From: Octopus sinensis
Lineage: Eukaryota
Assembly (NCBI RefSeq): GCF_006345805.1
Contig: NC_043000.1
Location: forward strand, 55,180,001 to 55,244,000
Direction: 5' to 3'
DNA: 64,000 bases
A program made the position numbers and the translations under genes. Each line of letters begins with the position of its first letter. Position 1 is the first letter of the stretch. The notes below the pieces were generated by a model. The model ran no database searches and had not been told where the DNA came from. It saw only the letters and a program-made list of their open reading frames with translations. Below, piece after piece: positions 39,387-53,840 of the stretch.

Positions 39387-40554
39387 ATGTACACAAAAAT
39401 AAATGCATTTTATAAAATAATTTTAGCATTTTCTATATATATATACACTAGAGTAACCCCATAAACCCGCCTTCACCAGGAAAAAATATATATATATACA
39501 CACACACATAGAAACACTCACACACACACAGACACGTATTTATTATATATTAGCCATTCCCGTCTACAATATAGTAGAATAGGTTATTTTCCACCTCAGT
39601 ATCTTTGCATCAGTAACATAAGGAAGAAATATGTTTAAATGAATATTGCTAACTTTTCTTCTTCAAAATCAGTATGGTTACAATGCTATGTACACAAAAA
39701 TAAACACCTAGATATGCTCCGATAAAACTGTCTGAAATTTATGTAGTTGCAAAAAATAGAACTTCCTTCATTTCTAAATAAAAGGTTAGTAGTTAGAAAA
39801 ATTATATTTAGATATATAGTTTGGATTGATAAATTGTAATGACATTGTCTGGAGTAGGTAGAGCGTTATAGTGAAGCTGAAGATTAGAAAAGAATGCTCC
39901 TTACACATTATGCAGACTCTTAATAGAATTATGCGCGTTTGTAGCTCACTGCTGTGAAATCCGATTAAACGTCAGTCCTTTCGTTCTTTTATGTTAGGTG
40001 AGTAGATGATTTCATTCGCGAGAGACAAGCTTAAGAACTCTATTTTGATGTGATGTGCACATATGAAGGTAGATGCATTCACAATATATATTCGTTTCAT
40101 GAAAATTATTATGCTTATCCTCAAGTTGTGTTAAATTTTCATATGTTAAGCCGGTTATTGTCATATGGAAGGAAATTGCACCTGCACGTGTGGTAATGTA
40201 ATTTAGTTGATGACAGGGAACGATTAGTAATTTCGTTGCAGTGAAACGAGCGTAATGTATTATGTTTCTAAGAATTCTAAAGATATCATTGCGATAATAG
40301 ATTTCTATGAAATGTGCAATATCTGAGCTGAGGCACAAATACGTAACTTTTTGGGGATACAAGTGAAAACATAAGGAAATATAAGTGCATTGACTTTAAA
40401 GAAAATTCGTTTGTTGTTGAATGTTTTAGAAAAACCTCACTGTCATTCTGACATTAGTGATCCCTAATTCCACTGAATATCTGCTCCATAAAGGCACATG
40501 TACACACACACACACAAGCATACGTCGGTTTTTATGAGCGTGTGGATTTGCATG

Positions 40555-40589
<35 letters not shown>

Positions 40590-40627
40590 TAACGCAAGTG
40601 CATCTATACACACATACATATCATTTA

Positions 40628-40730
40628 CCTTTTACTTGTTTCAGTCATGTGACTGTAGCCATGCTGGAGCACTGCCTTTATTCGAGTAAATCGACCCCAT
40701 GGCTTATTCTTTGTAAACCTAGTACTTGTT
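40628..40730 (-). mobile_element. SINE B tail fragment
   Basis: TTTTACTTGTTTCAGTCATGTGACTGTAGCCATGCTGGAGCAC. Confidence 0.75.
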
Positions 40731-41996
40731 CTATGAAAGTCATGATGTATCTAGTTAGCTGTTCATACAAATTATGCATATATTAAGAAGGGATATATTC
40801 GTTAAAATTGAAAATGGAAAAAAGTATGCCACGAATACAGATATATGTTCATAAGTCAATTGTAAACTTTGAAAACAATATTAATGACTTAAAAGAAAGA
40901 GAAAAGAGTTTATTAGTAAGGGTGGAGTTTTATTGACAGTTTGCTTGTTATTCTCTCCACATTTAATATAATTAAGATTCACTTATTGTCTGGTTTAAAT
41001 GAAATTAGATACACAATGAGAATATAATGGTTCACTTTATTTCCTTGAAATTGTTTACCAACGTTTTAGAGTACAGTAAACGTTTAAACGCAAGTCAAAC
41101 ACAAATTATACATATTTTCTTATAAAATATAGTTGAATAAAATTACTTGTACACATTCTATACGAAATATATATGTGATAGATACATCAAATTTTTTTGT
41201 TGCTTCATACAACAATGACTAAATATTCAAATAAATGCAATATTTCTTATTACTTTCGATATTTCTAGGTAAATTCTCTGTATATATATAGTCATATTAC
41301 ATTTCATCCTAGGCTTTAGGTATTGAATTTTACTAAATAGCTCCTCAATAAATAGAAATGTATTCAATTTTTTCACATAAACTAAGAGAGAAATAATTAA
41401 TGTTTAATTTCGCTCTTACCACGATCTTCTGGTGAAATGTACTACTATCATATCTGAAATAATAAAATCCGTATGGCTATTCTGTAAATTTTGTTCAAAA
41501 CGTTGCTTCACATATTTTTCTGAAGTAATAGCAGTTAATGGACAGAAATTTACTTCAAAATAATAGAGACAGCTTATTAATTTTATTTAAATACTTAAGG
41601 CAAAATGATTTGAATGCATATTCTTGTATAAATTTTATATTTCCAACTGTTATAAACTTGTACCAAGCTAGCAGAGATGTAAAGATTATGGAAAACTGAA
41701 AATATATTTCAATATGTAAGGTAGGTCATTAGTAGATGTCTTGCAGATTTGTGTATTTATACACAAACAAACATACACACAGACACGCACACACATATTA
41801 CACATATGTGTGCGTATGCGTATTTGTGTTTGTGCGCGCGCGCGCTGAAGTACACATGCATATACATGTAGGCTGCATTATCTTTGTGAGGTAGTAGGTC
41901 TGATATTTCTTAGAAATGTTATTCAGTTATGTTCGACGTATCCATCGAACGCATATACAGACTAAGAGCAACAAGCGAACGATTGATGTTATAAAC

Positions 41997-44021
41997 TAAA
42001 GGTTCCCAAAGTGAGCACTACTGCTCCCCAGGGGGCGTTGGCACGGTCCAGGTGGGCGCTGGTGTCTAATGTGGTGGTAGGGGTGGTAGAGAAAAAGGAG
42101 ACGTTGGAAGGAAGGGAGAAGTTGTTAGTTTCATTCCGTCCATGCAACTATGAAAGCTTGTCTGGTTTTCTTCCCTCCTCTTAACAGGGCTGGTATTCAT
42201 CAAATTTTTGCAACTTCACAGACACCGTTTGCTACAGAATTATCAAAATTTGGTTGTGACATTTGCAAACACACATTCACACTCATGTGCGTGCGCGTGT
42301 GTGTGTGTATGTGTGTGTGGACACAGGCCAACTGAGAGGCTGGGGTCTGCCGGAGCGACACCTTCACATGAAATCAAGGGCCCAGAAACAAGAAATGAAA
42401 TATGCTTGTCAACAACTTCCCTGGGGAGATAAAAGAAAAACGAAAGAAATCAAATAAAATGAAACTAAGAAACATCAACAGTGTCAAGAAGCAATGGCAA
42501 TGACATACACATATATGCATACATACATACATATATACATACATACATACATAAGCAACATTACATTTGCATAGTCAGTTTGCTTGGCCTTTTTGTGTAA
42601 AATTTGGAGTGATGTTTTAGAAAGAGAGGTGCAGGAGTGAGAGAGGAAGAGAGAGTGAGAGATAGTGAATCTAGAGAAGAGAAAAGAAAGTAGGAGTGAT
42701 TTTGGTGCTTTGCAGAGGAATAGAAAGGAAAGAAAAAAATGTTTGAGAGGGAGGGTGAGGCGCAGCATTCGTATCAGTGTGGTCAAACTTGTTGAATTCA
42801 ATATGTTTTGTTTTCTTTTTTCGTGACCTTTTAGGTAGGGAAGGAAAAGAATCTTTTTTATTGAAGTTTTTTAATTGGAAGAGCAGATGTTTTTGATTTT
42901 CTCCAGTAATAATCATAATTCCATTTCAAGGTCTTACTTTTCTTAATTCTTTTGTAGCTATTAATTTTCACATTGTTGAAAAGTTGGTCTCTTTGTACCC
43001 AGAGCAATGGCCTTTGACCTCCGTAGGCAATAAAAACTGGGAACGAAATTCTTTCTGTGCCCAAAACAAGGCACACGCACACACACACATACAAACGCGC
43101 AAGCAATACACACACAATATTTGTAAGTGTGTGTGTGTGTATCTATCTATTTATATATAAAGGGATACGTATATTGCTTGTTCACTGTCACCAAGCATCT
43201 CAATTCATTTGTTGCAATTAGTTTGTGATCTAGATATTTGATTTTGCATGGTATCGTTGAATTTATCATTTTAGACAAAGCTAAAGAATGTTTCATATTT
43301 TGCATATTTGGTATTTTGACTTTACAGTTTGAATTGTAGATTCTATACCTTTAATTCTATATTTCACTGTTAGATGTTGCAATATTTCGATTGGATAAAT
43401 CGAATTATTTTCTACTCTAGGCACAAAGCCCGAAATTTGGGTGGAGGGGGACCAGTCAATTAGATCGACCCCAGTACGCAATTAGTATTTGATTTATTGA
43501 TCCCGAAAGGATGGAAGGCAAAGTCGACCTTGGAGGAATTTGGATTCAGAACATAAAGACAGACGAAACACTGCTAAGAATTTCGCGGACAACATACAGA
43601 TCCTCGACCTTTAATGAAAACAAAAAAAAATAGCCTGTTGGGTGTTAACAACTGTGCAGAAAACGAATATATAAAAATTGCGCAAACGAACATGGGTGGG
43701 TGGGGTGTTGAGAGGATTTTCGGAAAACCCGAAAAAGTGTTTTTTTCTACAGAAACCCACTTTTTTGACTGCGGAGATTCCAAAGATGCAAGAAAAAATC
43801 GGCCTTTCTAAATTTTAATCCAATCCGCTACCCAATTTCAATTTTACAAAAAAAAATAATAAAAACCCCTCCCCTCCGTCAGCGCATTTATGACAAAAGG
43901 TGAACATGTAGTTGAGAGTCTTTTGAAATTAAGAGAGGTACGTAAAAAAATAGTGATGGGGACTCTGAGGGTACTATTTGGCCATGAGGTGGTGGTGGCT
44001 CAAAATGTTTGAGAACCTCTC
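41997..44021. mobile_element. Non-autonomous hAT-type element, 2025 bp, with a perfect 8-bp TSD
   Basis: TTATAAAC occurs at 41989-41996 and 44022-44029. The ends are TAAAGGTTCCCAAA and TTTGAGAACCTCTC, with a GC-rich subterminal CCCCAGGGGGCG. No transposase is recognisable. Confidence 0.85.
43405..43590 (-). mobile_element. SINE A nested in the hAT element
   Basis: CTACTCTAGGCACAAAGCCCGAAATT...GGCAAAGTCGACC...CTAAGAATTTCGC. Confidence 0.85.
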
Positions 44022-44329
44022 TTATAAACAAACCAATTGGCGGCCGACAAATGTTACTAACAACGAGGGTTTTGCTACGATAAGTTTTATATCATAAAGG
44101 CCGTAGTTTTATCATCAATTATAGACTGGAATTCTGATATATGAGATGAGATACAATGAAAACCGTGCGAACAAAATATGTATATCTACATAACTATACT
44201 TACCTCGGGAAGTTAATTTCTCAATTAAACCTGTTTATATTGCATGTATGTATATATGTATGTATGTGTATGTATGTACAGATAGATAGATAAATAAATA
44301 GATATGTATATATAGATTGATTGATTGAT

Positions 44330-45080
<751 letters not shown>

Positions 45081-45338
45081 ATAAATATCACTCATATAGA
45101 TTGCAGTCATTTACCTATTACAGAAATCATTATTTTGTGCGGGGTAGATTTTATCGTATCAGAAGCCCGAGGGAAATAATGGTTACACCTAATGAGAAAA
45201 ATATTCATAAATCGTTTTAAAGCTTGAACTATTGGGTCATTTATATTGTTTATACGAAGGTATACATTTTTTTATTGGGGGAGAAGGTATTTAGGTGAAA
45301 GAGGGGAAGAGGAATGTTATAATCTAATAACAGTAGAA

Positions 45339-45560
45339 AAGGCGGTAAAATGGCAGATTCGCTACCACGCCGGGCGAAATGATTAGCGGTCTTTCATCCG
45401 TCCTTAAATTCTGAGCTCAAATTCCGCCGAGATCAGCTTTACCTTTTATCGTTCCGGGGTCGATAAAATAAGTACCAGTTGAGCCCTGAAGGGGTCGACG
45501 TAATCGACTATCCCCGCGCCCAAATTTCAGGCTTTGCACCCAAAGCAGAAAGGATTATAA
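45339..45560 (+). mobile_element. SINE A, full length, sense orientation
   Basis: AAGGCGG...TGGCAGA...CTGAGCTCAAATTCCGCCGAG...GGGGTCGATAAAATAAGTACCAG...AAAGGATTATAATAA. Confidence 0.85.
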
Positions 45561-46496
45561 TAACAATAGAATTATTTGACACACCATGATATTCTACCAC
45601 AGCTGCAAACATCTGCACTACTTTACGTTACTTCAAACACTTTGTAAAGAGTTTTCTTCGTTCTCTCGTGAGATGCCAGTAAAACGTTTAATAAATTAAA
45701 CCCGACATTAAGCTATCTTCCTGTTTGCTTTTTTCTTGTTTCACTTATATTGTATATTTTACGTAGTTGGTTTGTTTCATTCAAAATTTCACTTTTTTAC
45801 ACTTCACTTATTACATACAGGACAAGTGTAACTTCGAAATGCATCGCTGATTAATTAAATCAATTGGACTCTCTGATCTGGAATTGAGTATTGTAAAGTT
45901 TTCTATAATTATGTAAGTCTATGCATTTGGGAATGTATGAAATATTATAATGCAAGCTAATGAACAAATGATTATTCATACATCGATTTCTACTACTATA
46001 GCAGATTTAAAAGGACTTACATACAATAAAAACAACCAAGTTAACCTCCTGCGGTAGCTATTTGTTCCCCTCACCGATACACATGTCTTGCTTTACTTTA
46101 TTTCAGGAGAGTTCTGGTCGAACAGATATGATCAAAGTTGCTCAAATGATAATTCAAGCATTTCTTTCGGCGTAGTATAAATTGTACTACTTGATCTACG
46201 TCATTTAATGCAAGGTGGAAGTTGATGGAAAATTTGTTGCCGTTTCTGCTAGGCCCACTGAATAGATAGAGATTACCACCTTGGACCACGCATATATTAT
46301 CGTTAAGTGCTAAAAGGAAAGCAAAAATATATCTTTCCGTCGGTATTTTGAAACTGCTTATAAATAATTAACTCATAATTTTGAAATCAATAACAATAGT
46401 ATGATTGATTTCCCGATTGCTATATCTTAGAAATATATATTTTTTTAACCTTTGTTTGGGTCGGAAATAATTCGTATCTATATGGACGTTTGACGG

Positions 46497-46757
46497 TAGT
46501 GCTGGATTTAGGACAAAGTAAGCCTTGTGTTATTTACGTTATTGGGGCCTTTACTTGGACAGTCAGGCATACATACTTAGGAAAACGTGTTAAAATTATT
46601 AAATTCACTTTTATAACTTTTTAGGGAAAATAATTTTAACGTTTGACATTTGAAAAATTCATCGTAAAAAATTGGTGGGGGCATTAAGATGGAACCCCCC
46701 TGGTCGACGAGGCCCTGCGCTTAAGTACACGTAAGCACAATGATAAATCCGGCACTG
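46497..46757. mobile_element. MITE with 14-bp TIRs
   Basis: TAGTGCTGGATTTA (46497-46510) versus TAAATCCGGCACTG (46744-46757); no clear TSD. Confidence 0.55.
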
Positions 46758-47099
46758 GTAGTGTTGCAGAATATCTAACAAAATGCAATGATAATTTACC
46801 TGAACGTATCACCAATTCTGATTATATTTAAATTGAAATAAATAATTCTAGAAATTTTCGCTTCAATATTAATCAGTTCCCTCGTTTTGTTAAGCCACTT
46901 TCTCCAAAACTTCAAATAATATTTTGTAGGAATATTTAAAGTGTGTGCAATACAAAAGAGGTAATTTCACTTTGTATAATCACGTCTCTATAGAATATCA
47001 AACGGAAACAAATATTCTATATTTTGCTGTTTTGATATACGTGTTTATATTTACACATGAAGTGTAGATACATGCATGAGGCATATACATATTTTTAGT

Positions 47100-47325
47100 T
47101 ACTAAGCATCCCTGTAACTTTCAAAACTACGTGTGTATCGTTGGCGATTTTCTTTCTCTGTATTCCCTTCTTTGGACTTTTCTATATTCCTGATGAAGAC
47201 CTCCGCTCTAAACGTGGAACCCCCTTCCTTTTATTTCCTTTCCTGAGCGTCCAATAACACTGTACTTATTCCACGTACTCACGTTGTTGTTTTTTCTTGC
47301 TTGTTCATGTTTGGATTGATTCATC
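47100..47325 (+). mobile_element. PLE pLTR-like remnant with a degenerate hammerhead motif
   Basis: CTGATGAAGAC-CTCC-GCTC-TAAACGT at 47190-47215, where the consensus would be CTGATGAAGAGC..GCTCGAAACGT. A pyrimidine-rich tail follows. Confidence 0.5.
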
Positions 47326-48756
47326 CGGACAGTAAGGTGATACAAAGTACTCACAAATTAAAACACCCGTATTTCTCACAGAAATTCCACAAGAAAGATT
47401 TCGTGAAAAATTAATATTAGGTTAATCAACTCAACTTGTTTCACATAGGTAAGGTTAGCGAGATCTTAGATTTAGTCACTCATATAATTTACTACAAGGG
47501 AGATAAGCGAATTTTTTAGAGGTATCGGTAGCATCCAGTTCGACATACACAATTACAACACGACAAATACATTTGTTTTACTAAAGGCCGTAAGTTGCTA
47601 CACAATATTGACATTAGTGAAATGAAGTTAATTCTACAAGCTAGAAAGAACACCGTTGGTTTATGCATTTATATGATGATCAGAAAACCTCTAAACGCTT
47701 CATGTGATTAACTGCTGTTCACTTTGGCTGATGCTTCTGTGATGAACTGCAGTTCAACTTGGCTGATGTTCCAGATTTGGCTGGACTTTATACTCTCGAC
47801 ATAGTGAAGAATAGATTCCAAATGTTCAGTCGTAGCCTATATCAATGTGATTGATGAATGACCACAAGTGATTTTAAGTCATAGAAATTATTTCTTTCAC
47901 GCCTGTAAGAGGAGTTTTTTAATTTGAGAGTCGAATTTTGGTTATTGCTTCTGGTGTTTTGATACCATTGCTGCCCTATCAGTAACAGTTGCGTGGTTCT
48001 CTTCCCCCACGTAAGTTTGTCTACTTTTTCTTTAAGAGTTTCCTACCTGAACTTTTATGAGCTATTATTTATAGCAACTTCGTAAACCTATTTTTAACGT
48101 GTTTTAGCGCTTGAAAATTGCAAATAAACAAATGAGTTTCTGAATTTATAGGGTTGAAGTTGTAATTTCTTTACCTGTAGATTAAGGCGAGATAAATGCA
48201 AGAATTTTAGAAGCGATGAAGATCATTACGCAATCTACGTTTGCCGTGTGAATTGAAGGGTTGATGCGAAAATAAGTCATCAGTTAATCGAATTTCCTTG
48301 AGAAAAGCAGAAATCTGTCACGAACATCATCACACACCCATACCGGTAAACACACGCGTATATATATTTAAAGAAGAAATATCTATGGATTGTTGTATAC
48401 ACTGATATGTATAGATATGTCTATAAGGTGTTTACACAAGAAAATATAAAAATTACAAATATTAGCACCTTCATTATTTCTTCCATTGTACTACCTTTCC
48501 CTTTTATTCTCAGTCATTTTTAACTGTCTCTCTCCCCCTCTCTTTCTCTCTCTATGCATAAATATATAAACACGGACACGTGCGCGCACGTGACGTGTGT
48601 GTATGTGTGTGTTTTGTGGGTGTTTTGTGCTTCTATATGTAATTTTGTGTATATGATCATTTCTATGAAATAAATCAATATTTATGTATCTACATTCATA
48701 ATTGTATTCAGGCACGTTGAATATAGATATGTGTTGGTTACTATCTAAATGCTGCT

Positions 48757-48922
48757 AAAGCGGTGAGCTGGAGAAATAGTTAGCACGCCGGGCAAAATGC
48801 TTAGCCACATTTGTAATGGCTTTATATTCTGAGTTCAAATCTGCCGAGGTAGGCTTTGCATTTCTTCCTTTCGTGTGGGATAAAATAAATAGCAATTGAG
48901 CACTGGGGTCGATGTAATCGAA
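48757..48922 (+). mobile_element. SINE A, tail truncated, sense orientation
   Basis: AAAGCGGTGAGCTGG...GAGTTCAAATCTGCCGAGG...GGGGTCGATGTAATCGA. Confidence 0.8.
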
Positions 48923-49625
48923 CTTGCTGGCTTCATGTGAACATTTGAAATTTGAATCAGTTTATAAATACTCATTTAATGTAGAAAAAATCGAATAGAT
49001 CCTAATTTATACCTAAATGAGGAGCAATTAACTGAATGAGTAGTTGAAAAAATCGCAAGCGGTAGAATTTTGTATGGCAGAAAAGAAATTTATGATAAAG
49101 GGGAGAGCATTTTCATCTTCTATATCTCGTGTATTATTAAAGCCTGGATCGAATATATGCACCACCTTAATATATTAATATATTAATAATTTCTTTCATA
49201 TTGTCTGAATATGCTCGAGAGTTTCCAATTAACTTTTCAGTTAAGGTTTTTCATTCTTAATATTTTGCTCGTTGGCTTACGGCCAAACAATTATATTTCA
49301 AACAGTGAATATATTTATTTGTTTTTATTTGAAAAAATATTTGCATTTGTTACGTATACATTTCGAAGATCTTCATTATGAATATAGATTAGGTTGATTA
49401 AAAGGAATAGTGTGTCTTTAATGTCTAAGATGCAGCATAATATTAATTGATTCATATTAGGCAAAACGTTAATCTTTGATGCTCTCTTCGTTTAGTCTTA
49501 GGCCAATCTGGATACAACAGGCATGTAGTCAAGAGCATCTTAACTGTAACATTTTGACCGATATATGTATTGGTGGATACACTGCTGTATGTATCTTTCC
49601 CGCTTGAATATAGCATTCTATTATA

Positions 49626-50517
49626 CATGGTGTTCGGGTTAAATTTGATGAATTGTTTCTCCCCTTTTCAGGAAAACTTAATGCATTGGCAAACAATCAA
49701 CGGCGTTGGAAAATATAAATTTTAAATTTGTAGTTGAAAAAAAAATTCCTGACTTGGAAAACTGGAAGCCATCTGAATATTGAAAAATATTTACTTGTAT
49801 CATGATGGTTTTTGCCGGGTATCAAAATGCCAACATCATGACTGCTGCTCAGTGTTTTGTGAACACAGTAAAGGCTGTAAAACGTGACATAGACAGCTGC
49901 AGTGGCAACTAGAAAGCCGTGACCATCAGGAAGGAAAGCAACAGGGATTCAGGCAACGTTCACACGCCGTAATTCATCGCCACATCTTTGAACGTGCACT
50001 TAGGTTCAGTTCAGACGGCTATATAAAGCTGCTGGAGACTGTGGTCAAATCCTGGCTAAAGAGGGTTGCTGCTGGAGGACTACATGTAAGGTAGCAGGAT
50101 TAGGCGCTTTCTCATACGTCCAGAAGAAGTCAGAAGTGGTTGTCGGAGAAATTCTACGATTTCACGAGGCCCACATTCTGACCTACTAATCACCACGATT
50201 GTAATCCCATGGATTACTATATGTGGAGGTGTGGGTGAGAATTACACCAACTGTTCTGCCTTCAACACGAGGACCAAGATGATGGCCAAGGATCAGGGAG
50301 ATACTGAAAGATCTTCAGAGGAACAGAGTGAAAAACACACGCGCCAGGTTCCGGAGCCGTCTTGAGGTAGTGGTGGAAGGTGGAACCGGCTATTTGAGTA
50401 AACAGTTATATCTCAGCTATAATTGAGTTCAGCTTTTTGTTATTTAAATACATTTTTTAGGAATATTGCTTTTTCTTTCCTTTTATGCAAACTGTCAAAT
50501 TTAAACCAAACACGCTG
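49626..50517 (+). mobile_element. Internally deleted Tc1/mariner-superfamily element (maT/DD37D-like) with both TIRs and TA TSD
   Basis: TA-CATGGTGTTCGGGTTAAATTTGA ... TCAAATTTAAACCAAACACGCTG-TA. It encodes SDGYIKLLETVVKSWLKRVAAG...QKWLSEKFYDF...CNPMDYY...ARFRSRLEVVV, with stops. Confidence 0.88.
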
Positions 50518-51759
50518 TATTGTGGTGTTGCCAGAAGAGAATACAGCACGTGACCTTCAAAGAATGGCAAAAACAAATCTACTATTCATGAGCGGCCGAC
50601 GTAGTTATCAGAAGGTATTATTTGAACAAGGATGGTGAACTAAAGATTGAATGTTTTCTATTAGCTACGTCGATTCTATTTTTAATGATAGGTTAAGTAT
50701 AAGATTTACTTTTTTCATACTCTTTATTGTGAGACTTAAATCTACGTGAAATTGTGACATTGTGCTGTTGTTATAATTTAGATCCAAGCATTTTAATTGA
50801 ACAGACATCCTGTATGTAACCTTCCCACATTTTGCAGGCAGATCATTCATTTTTTTTTAATGAGGGATGGATATTTGAAAGAGTTTTCGCTGTTGTTATG
50901 GAGGGGTGATGACCAATCTAGTTGAAAGTTATTTGTAAACAAATGGACTCACATTTACTTTGATATACTGTTAAAGCACCGGAACCTGCGTCATTTACCT
51001 TGAGAGGACTTCTTATATGGACGCATGTTGCATAAAGCGAAACATATAATATTGCTGGTAGACAAAAAGCTCTTAGCAATATAAATATTAAGCTTTTATG
51101 TGCCATGTGTCCATATGTTAGAATCTCTCAGGATAAATAGCAGAAAATTCGGAGCTCTAAGAATACATCCATGTAACTTTGGATATAAAGTTTACTTTTG
51201 GAATTAATACTACTTCTATTGATTATAATTATTTCTGAATAGATTTATGTTTTGACTTCGATGACAATAATACCCTTCTGATATCCAATGAAAAAAATTA
51301 CATTACACTTTTTTGTTTCATATTTCGCTCACATAAAAAAATATAAATACATTACTATATCATCACAGAAAATAGATAGTGAGTTGTTACATTAACACAC
51401 ACTTGAATATTTGGTCTCAAAATATTGTGGAGCAAACTAAATCCACTTTTATATTTTTCATCGAAATCCGAACAAGATGTGGTCACAACTTACAAAGTCA
51501 GAACTTACAATATCTAATCACTCAAAACCGTTAAAATACATACCATCTGCCTGCCATTCAAAAGAATCCCATATATATGCTGATGCAGTTCACAATTTGG
51601 AAGAGTGTTTTTTTCGTTTTTTTCCTCTAGAGATATGAATATAAAGATATGTATTGACATGTAGATACGGTAAGAAAATCGAACACAGATACGTTCGACT
51701 CTTGCCAACAGAAATATAGTTGGTGTGTTGACCCATGTAAACCAAATGTAATGTTGCTT

Positions 51760-51862
51760 ATGTATGTATGTATGTATGTATGTATGTATGTATGTATGTA
51801 TGTATGTATGTATGTATGTATGTAGGTATGTATGTATGTATGTATGTATGTATGTATGTATA
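51760..51862 (+). repeat. (TATG)n microsatellite
   Basis: Direct reading. Confidence 0.97.
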
Positions 51863-53584
51863 CGAAAGTTACTTGTCTAATAACTGTGACCACCACAGGA
51901 TATCAAATTGGCAAGGTTTCAATATGTGGTGCTATCAAATTGCTGTTTTCAATGGTTATTTGTTGTAGAATATCTGACGCAGAAATAATTACATAATGCA
52001 ATTAACAGGCAATTCTTTTTGCAAGTAAAAGCCGAATTTTGAAAAATTTCCAATGCATTTTGTATATCATGTAGGACGAAAATGGAACGTGACAACAATA
52101 ACAGGAACGAAAAGTTGGAATGATCTACATTACTTACATTTCTGTGTTAAGTTTTTTATGAAGTAAGTTGTTCATATTCTTTCACATAACTAAACCTCTC
52201 TTCTAAAGTCTTATATTTTTCATAAAACGGAAACAAGTAATGAATTTTGTGGTAGCAAACACAGAAGAATTCAAAACAGAGGTAATATATTAAAAACTGA
52301 CATCAAAAAGCGCTAAAATAATCAGTAGCTTTGTGTTTATTTACGACTTCTAAATAGTTTTGTGTTATGAGTATGTTTTCGTCTTGCCAATGTAAGAAAT
52401 CAATACTAAATTATAAAAATGTAATATTCAAAATTGCAAAAATATAAATCTGAAGACGTATAACGTATAACAAAAGACTTTTATGCAGAGAATTGGACAA
52501 TAAGATACTTGTTTTAAAAAATGACCGTTTCAAGTCGTATACGCTCCCATATTTTTTCACACCTCATATTTATTTATTTATGAATTATTCCGAAAACACT
52601 TTTCAGAATATATCATCCCTAAAAGATAACAATAGAGGAATATTGAAAGATCACAGAATTTATTTATGTATCTATTATATACCGAGCGATTTATGATTTT
52701 TTTTAAGTACATTAGGATGCTGACAGACTTTATAATATTGTGTATGCGATAAAATATTTATCAGAGAACATACATTCCCGCACACATATACCAACATACA
52801 TACACGCATATACACACACGTGTATGTGTGTGTGTGCACGCGCGCGCATACATATATGTATTATAATACAGCATGTTAAATAGATACATATGCAGACTTG
52901 GAAGAATTCAAACGTGAGCTTACAAAATTGCCAACAGAATGTAAAAAACTTTCACACTTTCAGGGGTATTTTATTGATGGAATGTATTCACTAAAAGGTT
53001 TTATGGGAAGATCACGATATAATGTGTGGCCAATTGTTGAATAGGCGTTGGAAAATTCAAATCCTAGAAAAGGTGCACTATGATTTAATATAAACATAAA
53101 CTAGAATGACCACGAAACGATTATATTGTGAGACTCTAAAATATATTAGACGTCAATTCTTGTTATCCCTGAAAAGTTCTGTCAATATAAAACCTAAACA
53201 CAAAATTTAATTCGTAAAAGGTTAAAATTCAAAGACAGAAGCGAGTATTTCAGTATATCATATGTTGATGAACTATGCCTCAACCAAATGAGTGCGAGCT
53301 TTTCTAACTTACACATACGCCAAGGACATAAGTGGTCTAAAAATAATTACTTTTTTGGGGTAGATAGGAAGTATATCGTAGAATCATTTTTCTGAAGAAT
53401 GTGTTACGCACTATTTCTCAAATGCATTCCGTTTCTGTAGACTTTACTACCTTTCATGTCGATATAATGTACTCGCCTGCTTGGCAGTTGACGTGGCTAT
53501 TGAGATATTTGAAAGAAATAAGCCTAAGAATTATAGGGACTGCAAATTAAATTGAATTGGCATATTGTTCAAATATTCACATAA

Positions 53585-53812
53585 CAAATTCTGATACTAG
53601 TTTCAAAGTTTGGAAAAAGGACCGCAATTTCGGGAAGGGGTAAGTCAATTACATGGACTCCAGTACTCAAGTGGTACTTATTTCATCGACCCCGAAAGGT
53701 AGAAAGGTAAAGTCGACCTGGTCGATATTTGAACTCAGCACGTAAAGACAGGCGAAATGCTGCTAAGCATTTTGCCCGGCCTACTGACCATTCTGCCTCC
53801 TCGCCGTCTTGC
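53585..53812 (-). mobile_element. SINE A
   Basis: Full-length homolog with its head at the right end (CTCGCCGTCTT). Confidence 0.85.
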
Positions 53813-53840
53813 AATAAATATTAATATTACAAAAACAAAA

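Noticed and set aside
46107-46290. Strong plus-strand acceptor (CTTTACTTTATTTCAG) and overlapping 63-aa minus ORF
   Set aside because: All plus frames stop within about 25 codons, no convincing donor follows, and no homology is recognised.
47700-48030. Minus-strand ATVTDRAAMVSK resembling a hAT transposase catalytic motif
   Set aside because: A single short motif amid stops, with no second motif or TIR.
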